64,000 nucleotides of DNA. Origin: a virus. Its lineage: Duplodnaviria; Caudoviricetes. The DNA is taken from positions 1-64,000 of the IMG/VR virus record IMGVR_UViG_3300006151_000005; one strand, 5' to 3'. A program made the translations under genes and the position numbers. The notes beneath the pieces were generated by a model. It was given only the letters and a program-made list of their open reading frames with translations. It searched no databases and was not told the origin of the DNA. Shown one piece after another: positions 10,138 through 20,321 of the stretch (its first letter is position 1; each line of letters opens with the position of its first letter).

Positions 10138-10481
10138 AACCTATAAAATTTACATGGACGCAGACCCGTGACCCGCATTTGGCATCATTGGTCAAGACAG
10201 ACCCGGAATTTGCGGAACGAGTCAGAAAGTCAATAACCAACCTTGAGAATTGGCTTGAAAAATGTGCCGACAAAGGCAACTGGGATGAAATTGAAATGTC
10301 AATCCCTTGCAATCAGTTTGTCAACAATGACATCTTGATAAATGATGTCGGGAATGAAGACCGCATGTTTCTTTTCGTGGTACTGAATAGCAAACCAATA
10401 GAAGAAATTATGAACAGCGTAGTCACGGAACATTATACGCATCTTGTCTATCTTGACTTGATGGACTCAATCAAAGGATAG
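10134..10481 (+). CDS. hypothetical phage protein
   Basis: ATGA overlap with upstream gene. Confidence 0.6.
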   Translation: MKPIKFTWTQTRDPHLASLVKTDPEFAERVRKSITNLENWLEKCADKGNWDEIEMSIPCNQFVNNDILINDVGNEDRMFLFVVLNSKPIEEIMNSVVTEHYTHLVYLDLMDSIKG

Positions 10482-10733
10482 ATGGCACGACTGGATGAAG
10501 AAAGGCAAAAAGCGTTAGAGCCAGAACGCATACGCCACGCAATCAAGAAAATCACCGCCCTCGGCTATGAAATAACCGCGCAGGATAACACATCTATAAA
10601 GTTTATCCACAACGGCAAGACCGTGACATTTTACCCTTATAGCGGATGGGCGACCGGCGCAAGCATCAAAGATGGTAGAGGCTTGAAACATCTGCTATCA
10701 CCACTGAAATCAAATCATCAACCAAATAAATAA
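10482..10733 (+). CDS. hypothetical phage protein
   Basis: FYPYSGWATG...GRGL; directly abuts upstream gene. Confidence 0.7.
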   Translation: MARLDEERQKALEPERIRHAIKKITALGYEITAQDNTSIKFIHNGKTVTFYPYSGWATGASIKDGRGLKHLLSPLKSNHQPNK

Positions 10734-10740
10734 TTGCACT

Positions 10741-10974
10741 ATGGCAGAAACAACCAACAAGAGTGCGGAAGTCGAAATCATCGGCGCAGCCGCAGAATCG
10801 TCAGAAAGCGAAATCGCACGTCTGACCGCAGAAAACAAAGAGCTGAAAGCTCGCGTAGAAACCCTTACACGCGACCGCGACCAGTATCTCAAGTGGTGGG
10901 GCGAAAGCAACTCGGAAAAGAACCGTCTGCTCAACGTCACAAAGTCACTTGTCGCATACAGCGGCCTCATCTAA
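10741..10974 (+). CDS. coiled-coil hypothetical protein
   Basis: Packed operon. Confidence 0.6.
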   Translation: MAETTNKSAEVEIIGAAAESSESEIARLTAENKELKARVETLTRDRDQYLKWWGESNSEKNRLLNVTKSLVAYSGLI

Positions 10975-11060
10975 TCATCCCACTGTCGCCCGGTTGTATG
11001 TTGAAGCCGTGCAGCCGGGCGACCATTTAAATCCAAAATCAACTTAATCAAAGACCAGAT

Positions 11061-11327
11061 ATGAAAGCAAAAGAAATCATCGACAAGGAAGATAGAATGA
11101 TGGCAAACATCCGCGAGCTTATCCCTAAAATTGTGGGCATACGCCTTGAAGCCCAGAAAGCTGCATCGTGGATAAATAAGTATGACGCGGAACTTGCCAC
11201 CGCATCAGAAGAAATGTCGGAAGCAATCGATGCCCTTTATCGTGCGGAAACCGCAATGGGCAATGCGCATCAGTATCTTCTTGTGTCGCAATCTACCATT
11301 AAGCACGGTCTTGATGCGGAAGCGTAG
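11061..11327 (+). CDS. hypothetical protein
   Basis: A-rich leader, ATG start. Confidence 0.6.
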   Translation: MKAKEIIDKEDRMMANIRELIPKIVGIRLEAQKAASWINKYDAELATASEEMSEAIDALYRAETAMGNAHQYLLVSQSTIKHGLDAEA

Positions 11328-11371
11328 CCGTTTATCATGGCCATGTGGAAAGAATTTACTATCTTTGCACC

Positions 11372-11494
11372 GCCATTCAAAGCTGGGAAGCTGACGGATG
11401 GCACTCAATAGGTCTTCATACTTTTTGTTGACTTATTGGGTTATTGATTACACCGTGACCCCGGAAGCATCCACTACCGGGGTCACACTTTTTT
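11372..11494 (+). ncRNA. putative trans-acting antisense small RNA
   Basis: TATCTTTG -7 box at 11360-11367; 5' hairpin; 11409-11451 complementary to several gene leaders; intrinsic terminator at 11455-11494. Confidence 0.55.
11455..11494 (+). terminator. Rho-independent terminator
   Basis: GTGACCCCGG-N12-CCGGGGTCAC followed by ACTTTTTT. Confidence 0.8.
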
Positions 11495-11764
11495 GCTCAA
11501 GCGGATGCCGGCGACCTACTACACACAGGTCAATAAATCGCCATAGCCACGTCAAGACCATCAAGAGGCTAAATCCATCATCGCAACATCAGAAACGCGC
11601 CAGACGCGCCCAATAAGGCTTAAAGCGTTTACTATTATCGCTATCAAGACCACATAAAAGCAAACCCTTTTATTATTATAATAAGGTGTAATCAATGTAA
11701 AAGCATCTGCAATTACTAATAAATGTTAAATATAAGTGTTTGCTTTAATTTTTAGGTCAAAAAA

Positions 11765-11796
11765 TTTGGTGGATAAAAGTAAAAGCATTAACTTTG
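11765..11796 (+). promoter_or_regulatory. Bacteroidota sigma-A promoter overlapped by an 18-bp operator-like palindrome
   Basis: TTTG-N20-TAACTTTG. Confidence 0.8.
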
Positions 11797-11846
11797 CATC
11801 GTAATCAATAACCACAATAAGTTAAACCCCTTAAACCCCAAACGTT

Positions 11847-12719
11847 ATGAAGACTCTTAACGACGAAATCAACGAAATCAAGGCTGCTAACACCAGCAAG
11901 AACTCAAAGAAAGCCGCCCTTGCCAAACTGGGCATCACACCCTACGAAATCGACATCATACTTGAGGGCGTTGAGTGCGCCACCCGTGGCCGTTTTACAT
12001 TTGGCGTTGAGATAGAGTGCTTCGTCAATAGTGGCGCAATCAGAACAGCCGCAGAACACACCGGCATGGCCTACGAATACGAGGGCTACAACCACCGCGA
12101 CGGTCACGACTACTTCAAGTTTACCACTGACGCATCAGTGCGCGGCATGGCTGACCCCATCGAGTGCGTGTCACCGGTGCTTGCAGGCGTGAACGGCAAG
12201 AACACCCTTAAAAACGCCGTCAAGACGCTTAACACCGCCGGCGCAAACGTCAATCAAACATGCGGTCTGCATGTGCATATCGGTGCATCTAAACTGACCG
12301 CAAAGCAATACTGCAACGTGTTTGTAAACTACGCCTACCTTGAGGCCGTCATAGATACCTTTATGGCCCGCTCGCGTCGCGCTGACAACGCCGGATACGC
12401 TCACACGCTGCAAGACCACATCTTCTATCTTGAAAGTGCCGTGACGGTTGAAGACATACGACGTGCCCTCTGCAACGACCGCTACCACAAAGTCAATGCC
12501 GAAAGCTACCGCCGTCACAAGACCATCGAGTTTAGACAGCACGCCGGCACGACCAACTACGAAAAAATCATCAACTGGGTTAGCTTCTGCGGAAAGCTCG
12601 TCATCTGGTCAAAGAAAAACCGCCTGACCGCCCCGGTTGCAAGCATCGACGATATACCCTTTCTGACCGCCGAAGAGAAGTCATTCTTTAAGGCACGTGC
12701 AAGCCAGTTAAGCCGATAA
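11847..12719 (+). CDS. putative amidoligase (COOH-NH2 ligase, Amidoligase_2-like)
   Basis: TFGVEIE, ECVSPVL, TCGLHVHI, RYHKVN and TIEFRQH motifs. Confidence 0.85.
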   Translation: MKTLNDEINEIKAANTSKNSKKAALAKLGITPYEIDIILEGVECATRGRFTFGVEIECFVNSGAIRTAAEHTGMAYEYEGYNHRDGHDYFKFTTDASVRGMADPIECVSPVLAGVNGKNTLKNAVKTLNTAGANVNQTCGLHVHIGASKLTAKQYCNVFVNYAYLEAVIDTFMARSRRADNAGYAHTLQDHIFYLESAVTVEDIRRALCNDRYHKVNAESYRRHKTIEFRQHAGTTNYEKIINWVSFCGKLVIWSKKNRLTAPVASIDDIPFLTAEEKSFFKARASQLSR

Positions 12720-12810
12720 GACAGCCCAACGGGATAGGGGTTGAAACATACCCCTATCGCCGTTAAAACAAGCCCTACAATCAACCGTAACCATCAAAAA
12801 AGATATAGCC

Positions 12811-13389
12811 ATGTGCGTCATCATAGTAAAGCCGGCAGGCGTTAAAATGCCAAGCAACGAAATCATCAACGCAGCGTATCACACTAACCCCCACGGATGC
12901 GGCCTTATATCGCCGTCGGTATTCTACAAGGGGTTAAGCTATCGCAGCTTCAAAAAGCATCTGCAAAGGGTGCGCGAAGACGAGCCGTGTATCATACACT
13001 TTCGCCTCGCTACCCACGGCTCAATCAAGCGAGCCAACTGTCACCCGTTCAACCGGGGCGATGTATGGTTTGCCCACAACGGAATCCTGAACATACAACC
13101 GATGGGCGATATGACCGACAGCGAAACCGCCCTGCAAAAAGTCATTTACCCGGCAATCGTCAAGTACGGATATGGCTCTGAGGGGATGGATGTCGCCGTG
13201 GCAAAGGTCATAGGCTATTCAAAATTTGCCTTTATGCAAGGCGATGACGTGCGTCTTTATGGCGACTTCATCACCGGCGACGATGGATGCCACTACTCAA
13301 ATTTGCGCTTCATGCCGTTTGTAGGCTGGCAGCGGAAATACCGCAGTAATGCCTACGATATGGGGTCTTTGATTACAACCGGGCGATAA
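12811..13389 (+). CDS. class II (Ntn) glutamine amidotransferase
   Basis: N-terminal Cys (MC), NPHGCG, HFRLATHG, CHPF, AHNG, DSE. Confidence 0.85.
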   Translation: MCVIIVKPAGVKMPSNEIINAAYHTNPHGCGLISPSVFYKGLSYRSFKKHLQRVREDEPCIIHFRLATHGSIKRANCHPFNRGDVWFAHNGILNIQPMGDMTDSETALQKVIYPAIVKYGYGSEGMDVAVAKVIGYSKFAFMQGDDVRLYGDFITGDDGCHYSNLRFMPFVGWQRKYRSNAYDMGSLITTGR

Positions 13390-13494
13390 GCCCAACGCCC
13401 TATCAGGGCGAAAAGTACGACAAAAAAACATAAGTCGTAATTAAGCGAGGTCAGTCTTTCTGCCCTCGCTTTCGTTTTATGAACTTTGTGTATT

Positions 13495-16400
13495 ATGCTG
13501 ACCATCTACACAACCAAAGGAGTAAAACGCTTTGAAACGCCAATTAACAAAGGCTCTAAACGTGTCTTCAAGTTAATGGGCGATGATTACGTCACGCTTA
13601 AATTCAGCGTGGCTACGCCTATCTATTTCACGTTGGGCGATTATGTCGATATACCGGGATTTGGCCGCTTTGAACTCGTCAAACCCTATCAGCCTGCCTA
13701 CAACCGTAACACAAAGGGTTACGACTACGAGCTACGACTGGATGCGCAGCACATGAAATGGCGCAATAAGGTTATGCGCTATCTGCCCCAGATTGGAGGT
13801 GCGGAATGTGCGTGGTCATTGACCGCGACCGCCGACGTGCATCTCGCACAGGTACTCGCAAACATTGAAGCATTGGTAACTGAAACGCTTATGAATGGCG
13901 ATAAGGTTATCAATCAGCAGTATCTTTACAACGGCACGACAAAATGGACTGTAACGATTGACAACAGCGTAGAGGCATCAGCAAAAACCATCAGCTACGA
14001 CAGCACCAACATCATCGACGCATTAACCGCAATCGCGGAAGCGTTTGATTGTGAGTGGTGGCTGGATGGCAATATCATCCATCTTGGCAAATGCGAAGAC
14101 ACCGGCGAATATATTGACCTTGAAATTGGTAAGAACGTAGCCGAGATGTCAAGAAGCGACTCGTCGGAAGACTATGTAACGCGAATCTTGGCTTTTGGCA
14201 GCAACCGCAATATATCGCCCAGATACCGCAAAGACCTTATTTTCGATGTTAAGGCAATCGCCAATGGCGGCAATCGTATCAGCGACACGGCGCGACCCCT
14301 TGAGGTTGAATGGTTCAACGCTTCAATGGTGGAAACATCATCAAGCGACAACACGCTCAAGCGCGTCAAGAATATCAAGATTGAGATTATCGATAGCGAC
14401 GGAAAGACCACGAAAACCATCAACGGCGCAATCTTTAATCCCGATTTTCAAAGCGGAATGGTGGATAAGAACTGGATTCAGCTCCCCGACAGCACGGTTA
14501 TGCAGACCGGTCAGCGATTCCGCATCACGAATATCATTGAAAGCAGGGTCAAATCCAGCTATTTCTCAAGCCGATATTCAGCCTACGACAACATCTCCAA
14601 TGTGGTACGGAACGGCATAGTCACAAGCCGACTGATGCTCCCGGTATCGCATGGCACTCCTTACGTGGATTTCAAGTCCGGATTAAGTATGCAAGAGGGC
14701 GTGGAAGATGTCGTCATCTTTGAAGATATTTATCCGCGAGCCGTCTGCGCCATTACCAAAATCGACACCGTACAACGCAAAGAAACGGTGCAGAATGACG
14801 ATGGCACAACCACGGAAACGACCTTTACCGCCTATCAGATTCAGGATGATTTCTTTACGTCGGCGCACCCTTTTCAGAATGATTACATCGTGCCGAATGA
14901 AACCCTCAAGGTTGTTTTCCAAGACGGAAAACGCTACAAAGAGGGCGATAACATCCCCGCCGGCAAAAAGGTGGGCGACCTTATAAACCCGAATAGCGGA
15001 AAGCTGAACGGATGGACTTTTGAGGTTCAGTTCATTAAGGACAAAGATGGGTCTGCCACTTGGGAAATCGTCAGGGATAACGAGAATTTCGTGCCTAATG
15101 AAATTCTATGCCCGGAAATCGGCGACCAGTTTGTGCTTACCGGCTTTGACATATCGGTGGTTGATGACCTGTATGTAGCGGAAGCTGAAAAGGAACTGCT
15201 TGAAAAGGCGACTAAATACCTTGAGAAGCTGAACACCGACCCATCCACATACGACTGTACCATGATGCCCGACGTAATGAAAGCCGGGCTGACGCTTGGG
15301 CTTGGAAAGCGCATCAACCTCATTAACGAGGCTTACATAGAATCGACAACGGATTCCAGTGGAAGAAAATGGGGTCGCAAGAGCCGTGTCATCGGCTATG
15401 AAATCCCGCTTGATATTCCGTATGACAATCCTATCTATACCATCGGCGAAAAGGCAGCTTATTCCCGCTTCGGTGAGATTGAAGACAAAATCGATGCCTT
15501 GAAATTCTCTATGACCGCAGGCAAGAACATTCTTGGCGGTTATATCACGGGGGGCGATTCTTCTTCATCCTCAAGCGATGGAATATACGTTATCAAGCAG
15601 ACCGACATAACACCGGCAAGCGATACCAACGTATTCTCGGCACTGCGTAGCTGTCTTGAGTTTACGTCAAAGAAAGCAAAGGAAGTCATCAATTACCTTT
15701 GGACTTTCATGCAAGGCATCCGCGTAGGCAACTACGTGATGAATAATGACGGTGCGAAGATAGACCCCAACGGCGATGCGGAATTTGGCGACGTGGTAAT
15801 CCGCAAGGGTTTGGCGGTCGGCGAAAATCTCAATGTTGATGGAACGGCAACCATAGGCGATGAGCTTACGGTCAAGAAAGGCATTACTATTGGCGACAAC
15901 TATCTGCCGGGCGCGTATGGCGGTCGTATCTGGATAGATGACCTCGGAAAAGTCCACATCGAAACTGACTATCTTGAAGCAAGGGAGAAGATTGAAGCCA
16001 AAGAGGTGGAGATTCAGGAAGAAACCCACGTCGGCGGCTGTCAGATTATATCCCCGGCGGCGATGCGCTGCTCAAGGGTCATTCCAATCTACAACGATGC
16101 TAACAGTATTGTAGCATACAAGTGCTTCTTTACTGCGGAAGATGAAACCGGCACTCAAATCTACAATCAGTTTGAGGTTGGCGACTTGGCGAAGTGTGAA
16201 ACATTCAACCTTACCAAACAGCCTAACGGAAAGATGGGCAACCATTATTTCTGGCGCAAGGTCATTGAGGTCGGCTATGTCAACAAAGGCGATGCCGATT
16301 ACGATGATGATTTCGGCATGGAGGGCTATATCACACTTTCCAATCTTGTAAGCGAAAAAGACACCGCAAGCGATGCACCTTTGGCCGGCGACCGCATTAT

Positions 16401-19400
16401 CACTGTCGGTAATGATGACCCGACAAAGGTAAGCCGTTCTAACCTTATCATTCTCGCAAGCTACGGCACGGGAAGCCCCTATATTTACCAATATAAGGGC
16501 ATCAACACCTTTGCACTGACAAAGGACAATCTGAAAGTGGCGATTTCGCCCAACGGCAACCTTTTTACAGGCAAATTTGTGATTGAAAACGGCACGGAAG
16601 AGGTGGATATTATTGACTACATAGACAATAACATCTACCTTGAGGCATATCAGCTCGTTTTATCCAACGAAATGGCCGGTGTTCCGTGCGATGTTGATGG
16701 AAACGTAATAGGCGACCTGCCAAGCTCCAAAATCACAATCTTCAAGGGCAGAACCATTGAAACGGGGTGGACGCTGACGCTTGAGGCCGTAGGATGTAAG
16801 GCCTCCATTGTTAAAGACCATGTATATCTATCAGAGCTTACTGCAAAGAACGCTACGGTAACGATTACGGCCACGAAGACCGATTGCCCCACGCTTACAA
16901 AGGTAATGACCATCTGCAAGCTGAAAGAGGGCGAAACGGGCGTTTCCGGCGACCATGCCGTGCAGTTTGAGATTGAGCCGGATAAGCCTATGGTGCTTGT
17001 CGATATGGATGGTAATTGCGACCCCGCAACGCTGGGATGTAAAGTTTACATGGTCATCGGCAATCAAAAGCGTGTGGAAGTGCCTCTTGCCAACAACGCA
17101 GCCATAACCCCATACAAGGCTGGCGACAAACTGTTATTCTTCAACGGTAAGTTATTTGTCAGCCGACCCGTCGAAGTTGATGTTCCTACCGACCTCGTTT
17201 TGCGCTACGTCATCGTCAATCAAGACTATCAGACCAACGAAACGACCGGCAAGGTTACGCCCGTCATAACATCGGAAACCGAGCATATCTACACTGGCAC
17301 ACCCATTACTATGACAAAGAGGATGAAGCATATCATCTTCAAACTTTATCGTGGAACTACGCTCCTTGATATGCAGACGGTCATCGCTACAACTGATGCG
17401 TCGGCAATGAAAGTCGTGTATGATACCCGGTTTGAGGTCAATGAAAAGGAAATTCTCGCCCATGCAAGCCGTATATCTGCAAACGAGCAAGCGATAGCCG
17501 ACTTGAAAATTACCGCTGACGGCATTTCCGCAAGCATAGGCAAGCAGTCCGGCATTATTCAGGACATCATCAATGGCGCAGGGCGAAATCTTCTTTTGAA
17601 GACCAATCAAGGCCCTACTAACTGGCAGTACATTTCCGATAGTCAGCAGTTAGTTACTATTGATGCAAATCCGGTCAACAATCCAACGCCTTATCAACCT
17701 ATAAACAAGCGATTCCACGTCCTTACATCGCCCCGCACCGATTCGACGTATGAGGTGTTCCTGTATGCGTTAAGGCCGGAGTTGATAAAGGCGGGCGAAA
17801 AGTACACTTTATCCTTTAAGATTATCAATAAATCCGCGCAGTTCTGCCACCTTGAATTTTTTGCCCAGATTGCAAATACCGATAGTCAGGGTGCTTTAAC
17901 CGACGCTCCGCATTTTTCAAATATTGTGGCGCGAGGAGAGCAGACGCTTTCCGTAGTTCTTACGGCGAGTGGCACGGGTACAACTACCGGGACGCAGAAG
18001 ATTTACATCGGAATTATCGCCGCAGACCTTAATCAATGGACGGAGCTTGAAATATGGGATTTGAAGCTGGAAAAGGGCGAAACAGCGACAGCGTATAGTG
18101 CTGCCCCGGAAGATTCCGCTGATTACCTTTATACCACACTCAATGCGACCATCAACCTTACCGCCGAGGCTTTGCGGTCAGAAATGACAAGCAAAATCGG
18201 AGAATCGGAAGACCGCATCACAAGCCAGCACACATCCTTGATTCAGCAGAAAGCGAATGAAATTCTCGCACAGGTTGAAGCGTGGGATGATGAGCTTGGC
18301 GCAAGTATATCAGAAATCCGTCAGACCGCCACAAGCATCAGCTTGAAAGTGGATGAACTCGTCGGCTATGAAAACCTTGTGACAGGCAATAGTACCGGCA
18401 TAGGATGGACTGTTCAAGATTACAGTACGGGGGAATATAAAGCCGCAGAGCCTGACGAAGATGGCTATTTCGTGGGATGCGGCACAACTTCTTCACGAAG
18501 CCTACGCACACCTTTGTTTAACTTGCAGCCCAACACAAAGTATATTCTTTCCTTTGACCATACTCGGATGAGTATCAACACATACGGACTCGCCGTATCA
18601 GTTCTCGTGGGCGACACCGCACGAACCATCGCCACAAAAACATACATGCCGTATTTGGGGGTAGAGGGAGTCACAGTCGTTAGGGAATACATCAAGTTTA
18701 CAACAGGCGCAAATCTTGAAGAGAACGCTTTTGTAGAATTTAAGCATCTCGGAAACAAACCCAATGTCGCAATGTCCACGACTTTGCACATCAGTAAGGT
18801 TATATTAGAGGTTGGCGAAGTGGCACATCCCTTTGTTGAGGATAGCACGGGTCTTTTGGCAACCGGAATCGACATAACAAATAGAAAAATCATTTTCACG
18901 TCTGACAATATTTTATTTCAGACAAACAGCGGCGAGCGTTCAATGCTGATTGATGAAAACGGAAAAATTCTCGCAAAATTCATCAATGTCGATGAGCTAC
19001 ATGTCGCGCATGTAATCGCCGGCGACGAAAACGGCGAGCATGTGGAAATAGACCCCTCACAAAAAGCCATTTATATCTATGATGCCAATCGCGAGCTTTG
19101 CACCACGATAAACGGACAAGCACATCCCGGTGGAACTTCGGAAATATACAAAGAAGTAGAGGGTGGCTCTATCAACCTAAACCCATCGTCGGGATATAAG
19201 ATACTTAACGGAAGCATCAGATTTTCGGCCGACACGTCTGGCGTGGAGAAGAAAACTACACAAAAAATCTATTCCCCTGTATGGCAAGCGGAAGCCGCCC
19301 CAATCGTAGAGTTTAGTCAAGGGCGAATCTATTGCAAGGCTTATGCGCCGGGATTTTACAAAAAGAGAACAACCGGTACCGCCAACAACTATGACAAGCC

Positions 19401-20310
19401 CATATCAATGGAAGACAGTATACCATACACTGCCTCTACTTATGTATCCGTGTACCTACAAGTGGCGGATGATAGTAATTTCACCCAGAATGTAAAATCA
19501 TTCCTTATCCACTCCACTGGTGCAGGCGCAAATTCCGGCGCAAAAGCCCCTACTGATATTTATGACAATCAATATTGGTATGCAGCGGATTTACATGACA
19601 ATATTCAGGGGTATAGCGCGGGCTATTCATTGATGGATAATCGCAGGGCAAAAGCCACACAAAAAGGTTATTGCCGAATTGTGATGGAAATCACCATACG
19701 CGCAAAGGGTCAGGGAAGCTATGGCGAAGTTAAATGGGGGTCGGTTCATACCGGCAGCAAAGACCTTGCCGCAGCATGGAGTGGCGAGTTTTACGTCAGC
19801 AATTTTTTTGCTAATGGCTTCTGCTTGGGTATTTCCAAAAAACAATATGTAACCGCCTATAAAGATGCAAACGACAATATGCACTTTGAGGTGGAAGAAG
19901 CAGATTACGGACTAAAGGTATCGAATGACGGTATACAAGTCAAGCATCACGGCGGTAGTTTTATGCCAATGCCTTTAATGGTGTATCGTGCAAGCGTCTC
20001 ATACAACTCCACATCAAACACTTATGGCGTAAACGGCTCAAAATCGTTTGATAACAATCATCCCACCTTTGCTAAAATAGGTGATAATGCCGGTCTGGTG
20101 AGAATAACATTCCCTACATCATGGCAAAGACTTAGTTTGTCAGAATATAATACTATTGTGCATCTTGAGGGATGGTCACGAGCATCTAAAAAGCTTTGGC
20201 GCATGAAGGGAAGTATTCGTAGTATTTCAAGCACTGAGATGCAGGTGGAAATATCGGATAACTCTACGGCAAATGACGGTGACTTTACTATTGAAATATA
20301 CATCATCTAA
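13495..20310 (+). CDS. giant tail/baseplate-spike protein with carbohydrate-binding-like modules
   Basis: About 2270 aa; N-terminal phage tail region (LMGDDYVTLKF, VTRILAFGSNRN, FEDIYPR); two GRNLL...KLEKG..AT.Y..APED-type modules. Confidence 0.8.
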   Translation: MLTIYTTKGVKRFETPINKGSKRVFKLMGDDYVTLKFSVATPIYFTLGDYVDIPGFGRFELVKPYQPAYNRNTKGYDYELRLDAQHMKWRNKVMRYLPQIGGAECAWSLTATADVHLAQVLANIEALVTETLMNGDKVINQQYLYNGTTKWTVTIDNSVEASAKTISYDSTNIIDALTAIAEAFDCEWWLDGNIIHLGKCEDTGEYIDLEIGKNVAEMSRSDSSEDYVTRILAFGSNRNISPRYRKDLIFDVKAIANGGNRISDTARPLEVEWFNASMVETSSSDNTLKRVKNIKIEIIDSDGKTTKTINGAIFNPDFQSGMVDKNWIQLPDSTVMQTGQRFRITNIIESRVKSSYFSSRYSAYDNISNVVRNGIVTSRLMLPVSHGTPYVDFKSGLSMQEGVEDVVIFEDIYPRAVCAITKIDTVQRKETVQNDDGTTTETTFTAYQIQDDFFTSAHPFQNDYIVPNETLKVVFQDGKRYKEGDNIPAGKKVGDLINPNSGKLNGWTFEVQFIKDKDGSATWEIVRDNENFVPNEILCPEIGDQFVLTGFDISVVDDLYVAEAEKELLEKATKYLEKLNTDPSTYDCTMMPDVMKAGLTLGLGKRINLINEAYIESTTDSSGRKWGRKSRVIGYEIPLDIPYDNPIYTIGEKAAYSRFGEIEDKIDALKFSMTAGKNILGGYITGGDSSSSSSDGIYVIKQTDITPASDTNVFSALRSCLEFTSKKAKEVINYLWTFMQGIRVGNYVMNNDGAKIDPNGDAEFGDVVIRKGLAVGENLNVDGTATIGDELTVKKGITIGDNYLPGAYGGRIWIDDLGKVHIETDYLEAREKIEAKEVEIQEETHVGGCQIISPAAMRCSRVIPIYNDANSIVAYKCFFTAEDETGTQIYNQFEVGDLAKCETFNLTKQPNGKMGNHYFWRKVIEVGYVNKGDADYDDDFGMEGYITLSNLVSEKDTASDAPLAGDRIITVGNDDPTKVSRSNLIILASYGTGSPYIYQYKGINTFALTKDNLKVAISPNGNLFTGKFVIENGTEEVDIIDYIDNNIYLEAYQLVLSNEMAGVPCDVDGNVIGDLPSSKITIFKGRTIETGWTLTLEAVGCKASIVKDHVYLSELTAKNATVTITATKTDCPTLTKVMTICKLKEGETGVSGDHAVQFEIEPDKPMVLVDMDGNCDPATLGCKVYMVIGNQKRVEVPLANNAAITPYKAGDKLLFFNGKLFVSRPVEVDVPTDLVLRYVIVNQDYQTNETTGKVTPVITSETEHIYTGTPITMTKRMKHIIFKLYRGTTLLDMQTVIATTDASAMKVVYDTRFEVNEKEILAHASRISANEQAIADLKITADGISASIGKQSGIIQDIINGAGRNLLLKTNQGPTNWQYISDSQQLVTIDANPVNNPTPYQPINKRFHVLTSPRTDSTYEVFLYALRPELIKAGEKYTLSFKIINKSAQFCHLEFFAQIANTDSQGALTDAPHFSNIVARGEQTLSVVLTASGTGTTTGTQKIYIGIIAADLNQWTELEIWDLKLEKGETATAYSAAPEDSADYLYTTLNATINLTAEALRSEMTSKIGESEDRITSQHTSLIQQKANEILAQVEAWDDELGASISEIRQTATSISLKVDELVGYENLVTGNSTGIGWTVQDYSTGEYKAAEPDEDGYFVGCGTTSSRSLRTPLFNLQPNTKYILSFDHTRMSINTYGLAVSVLVGDTARTIATKTYMPYLGVEGVTVVREYIKFTTGANLEENAFVEFKHLGNKPNVAMSTTLHISKVILEVGEVAHPFVEDSTGLLATGIDITNRKIIFTSDNILFQTNSGERSMLIDENGKILAKFINVDELHVAHVIAGDENGEHVEIDPSQKAIYIYDANRELCTTINGQAHPGGTSEIYKEVEGGSINLNPSSGYKILNGSIRFSADTSGVEKKTTQKIYSPVWQAEAAPIVEFSQGRIYCKAYAPGFYKKRTTGTANNYDKPISMEDSIPYTASTYVSVYLQVADDSNFTQNVKSFLIHSTGAGANSGAKAPTDIYDNQYWYAADLHDNIQGYSAGYSLMDNRRAKATQKGYCRIVMEITIRAKGQGSYGEVKWGSVHTGSKDLAAAWSGEFYVSNFFANGFCLGISKKQYVTAYKDANDNMHFEVEEADYGLKVSNDGIQVKHHGGSFMPMPLMVYRASVSYNSTSNTYGVNGSKSFDNNHPTFAKIGDNAGLVRITFPTSWQRLSLSEYNTIVHLEGWSRASKKLWRMKGSIRSISSTEMQVEISDNSTANDGDFTIEIYII

Positions 20311-20321
20311 AACGATTCAAT

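Noticed and set aside
11398-11616. 72-aa ORF across the sRNA region
   Set aside because: Crosses a strong terminator, has no A-rich leader and has an unprotein-like composition
20100-20310. Second DGR target at the end of the giant tail gene (contains SSTE)
   Set aside because: No nucleotide similarity to TR, no IMH and no hairpin
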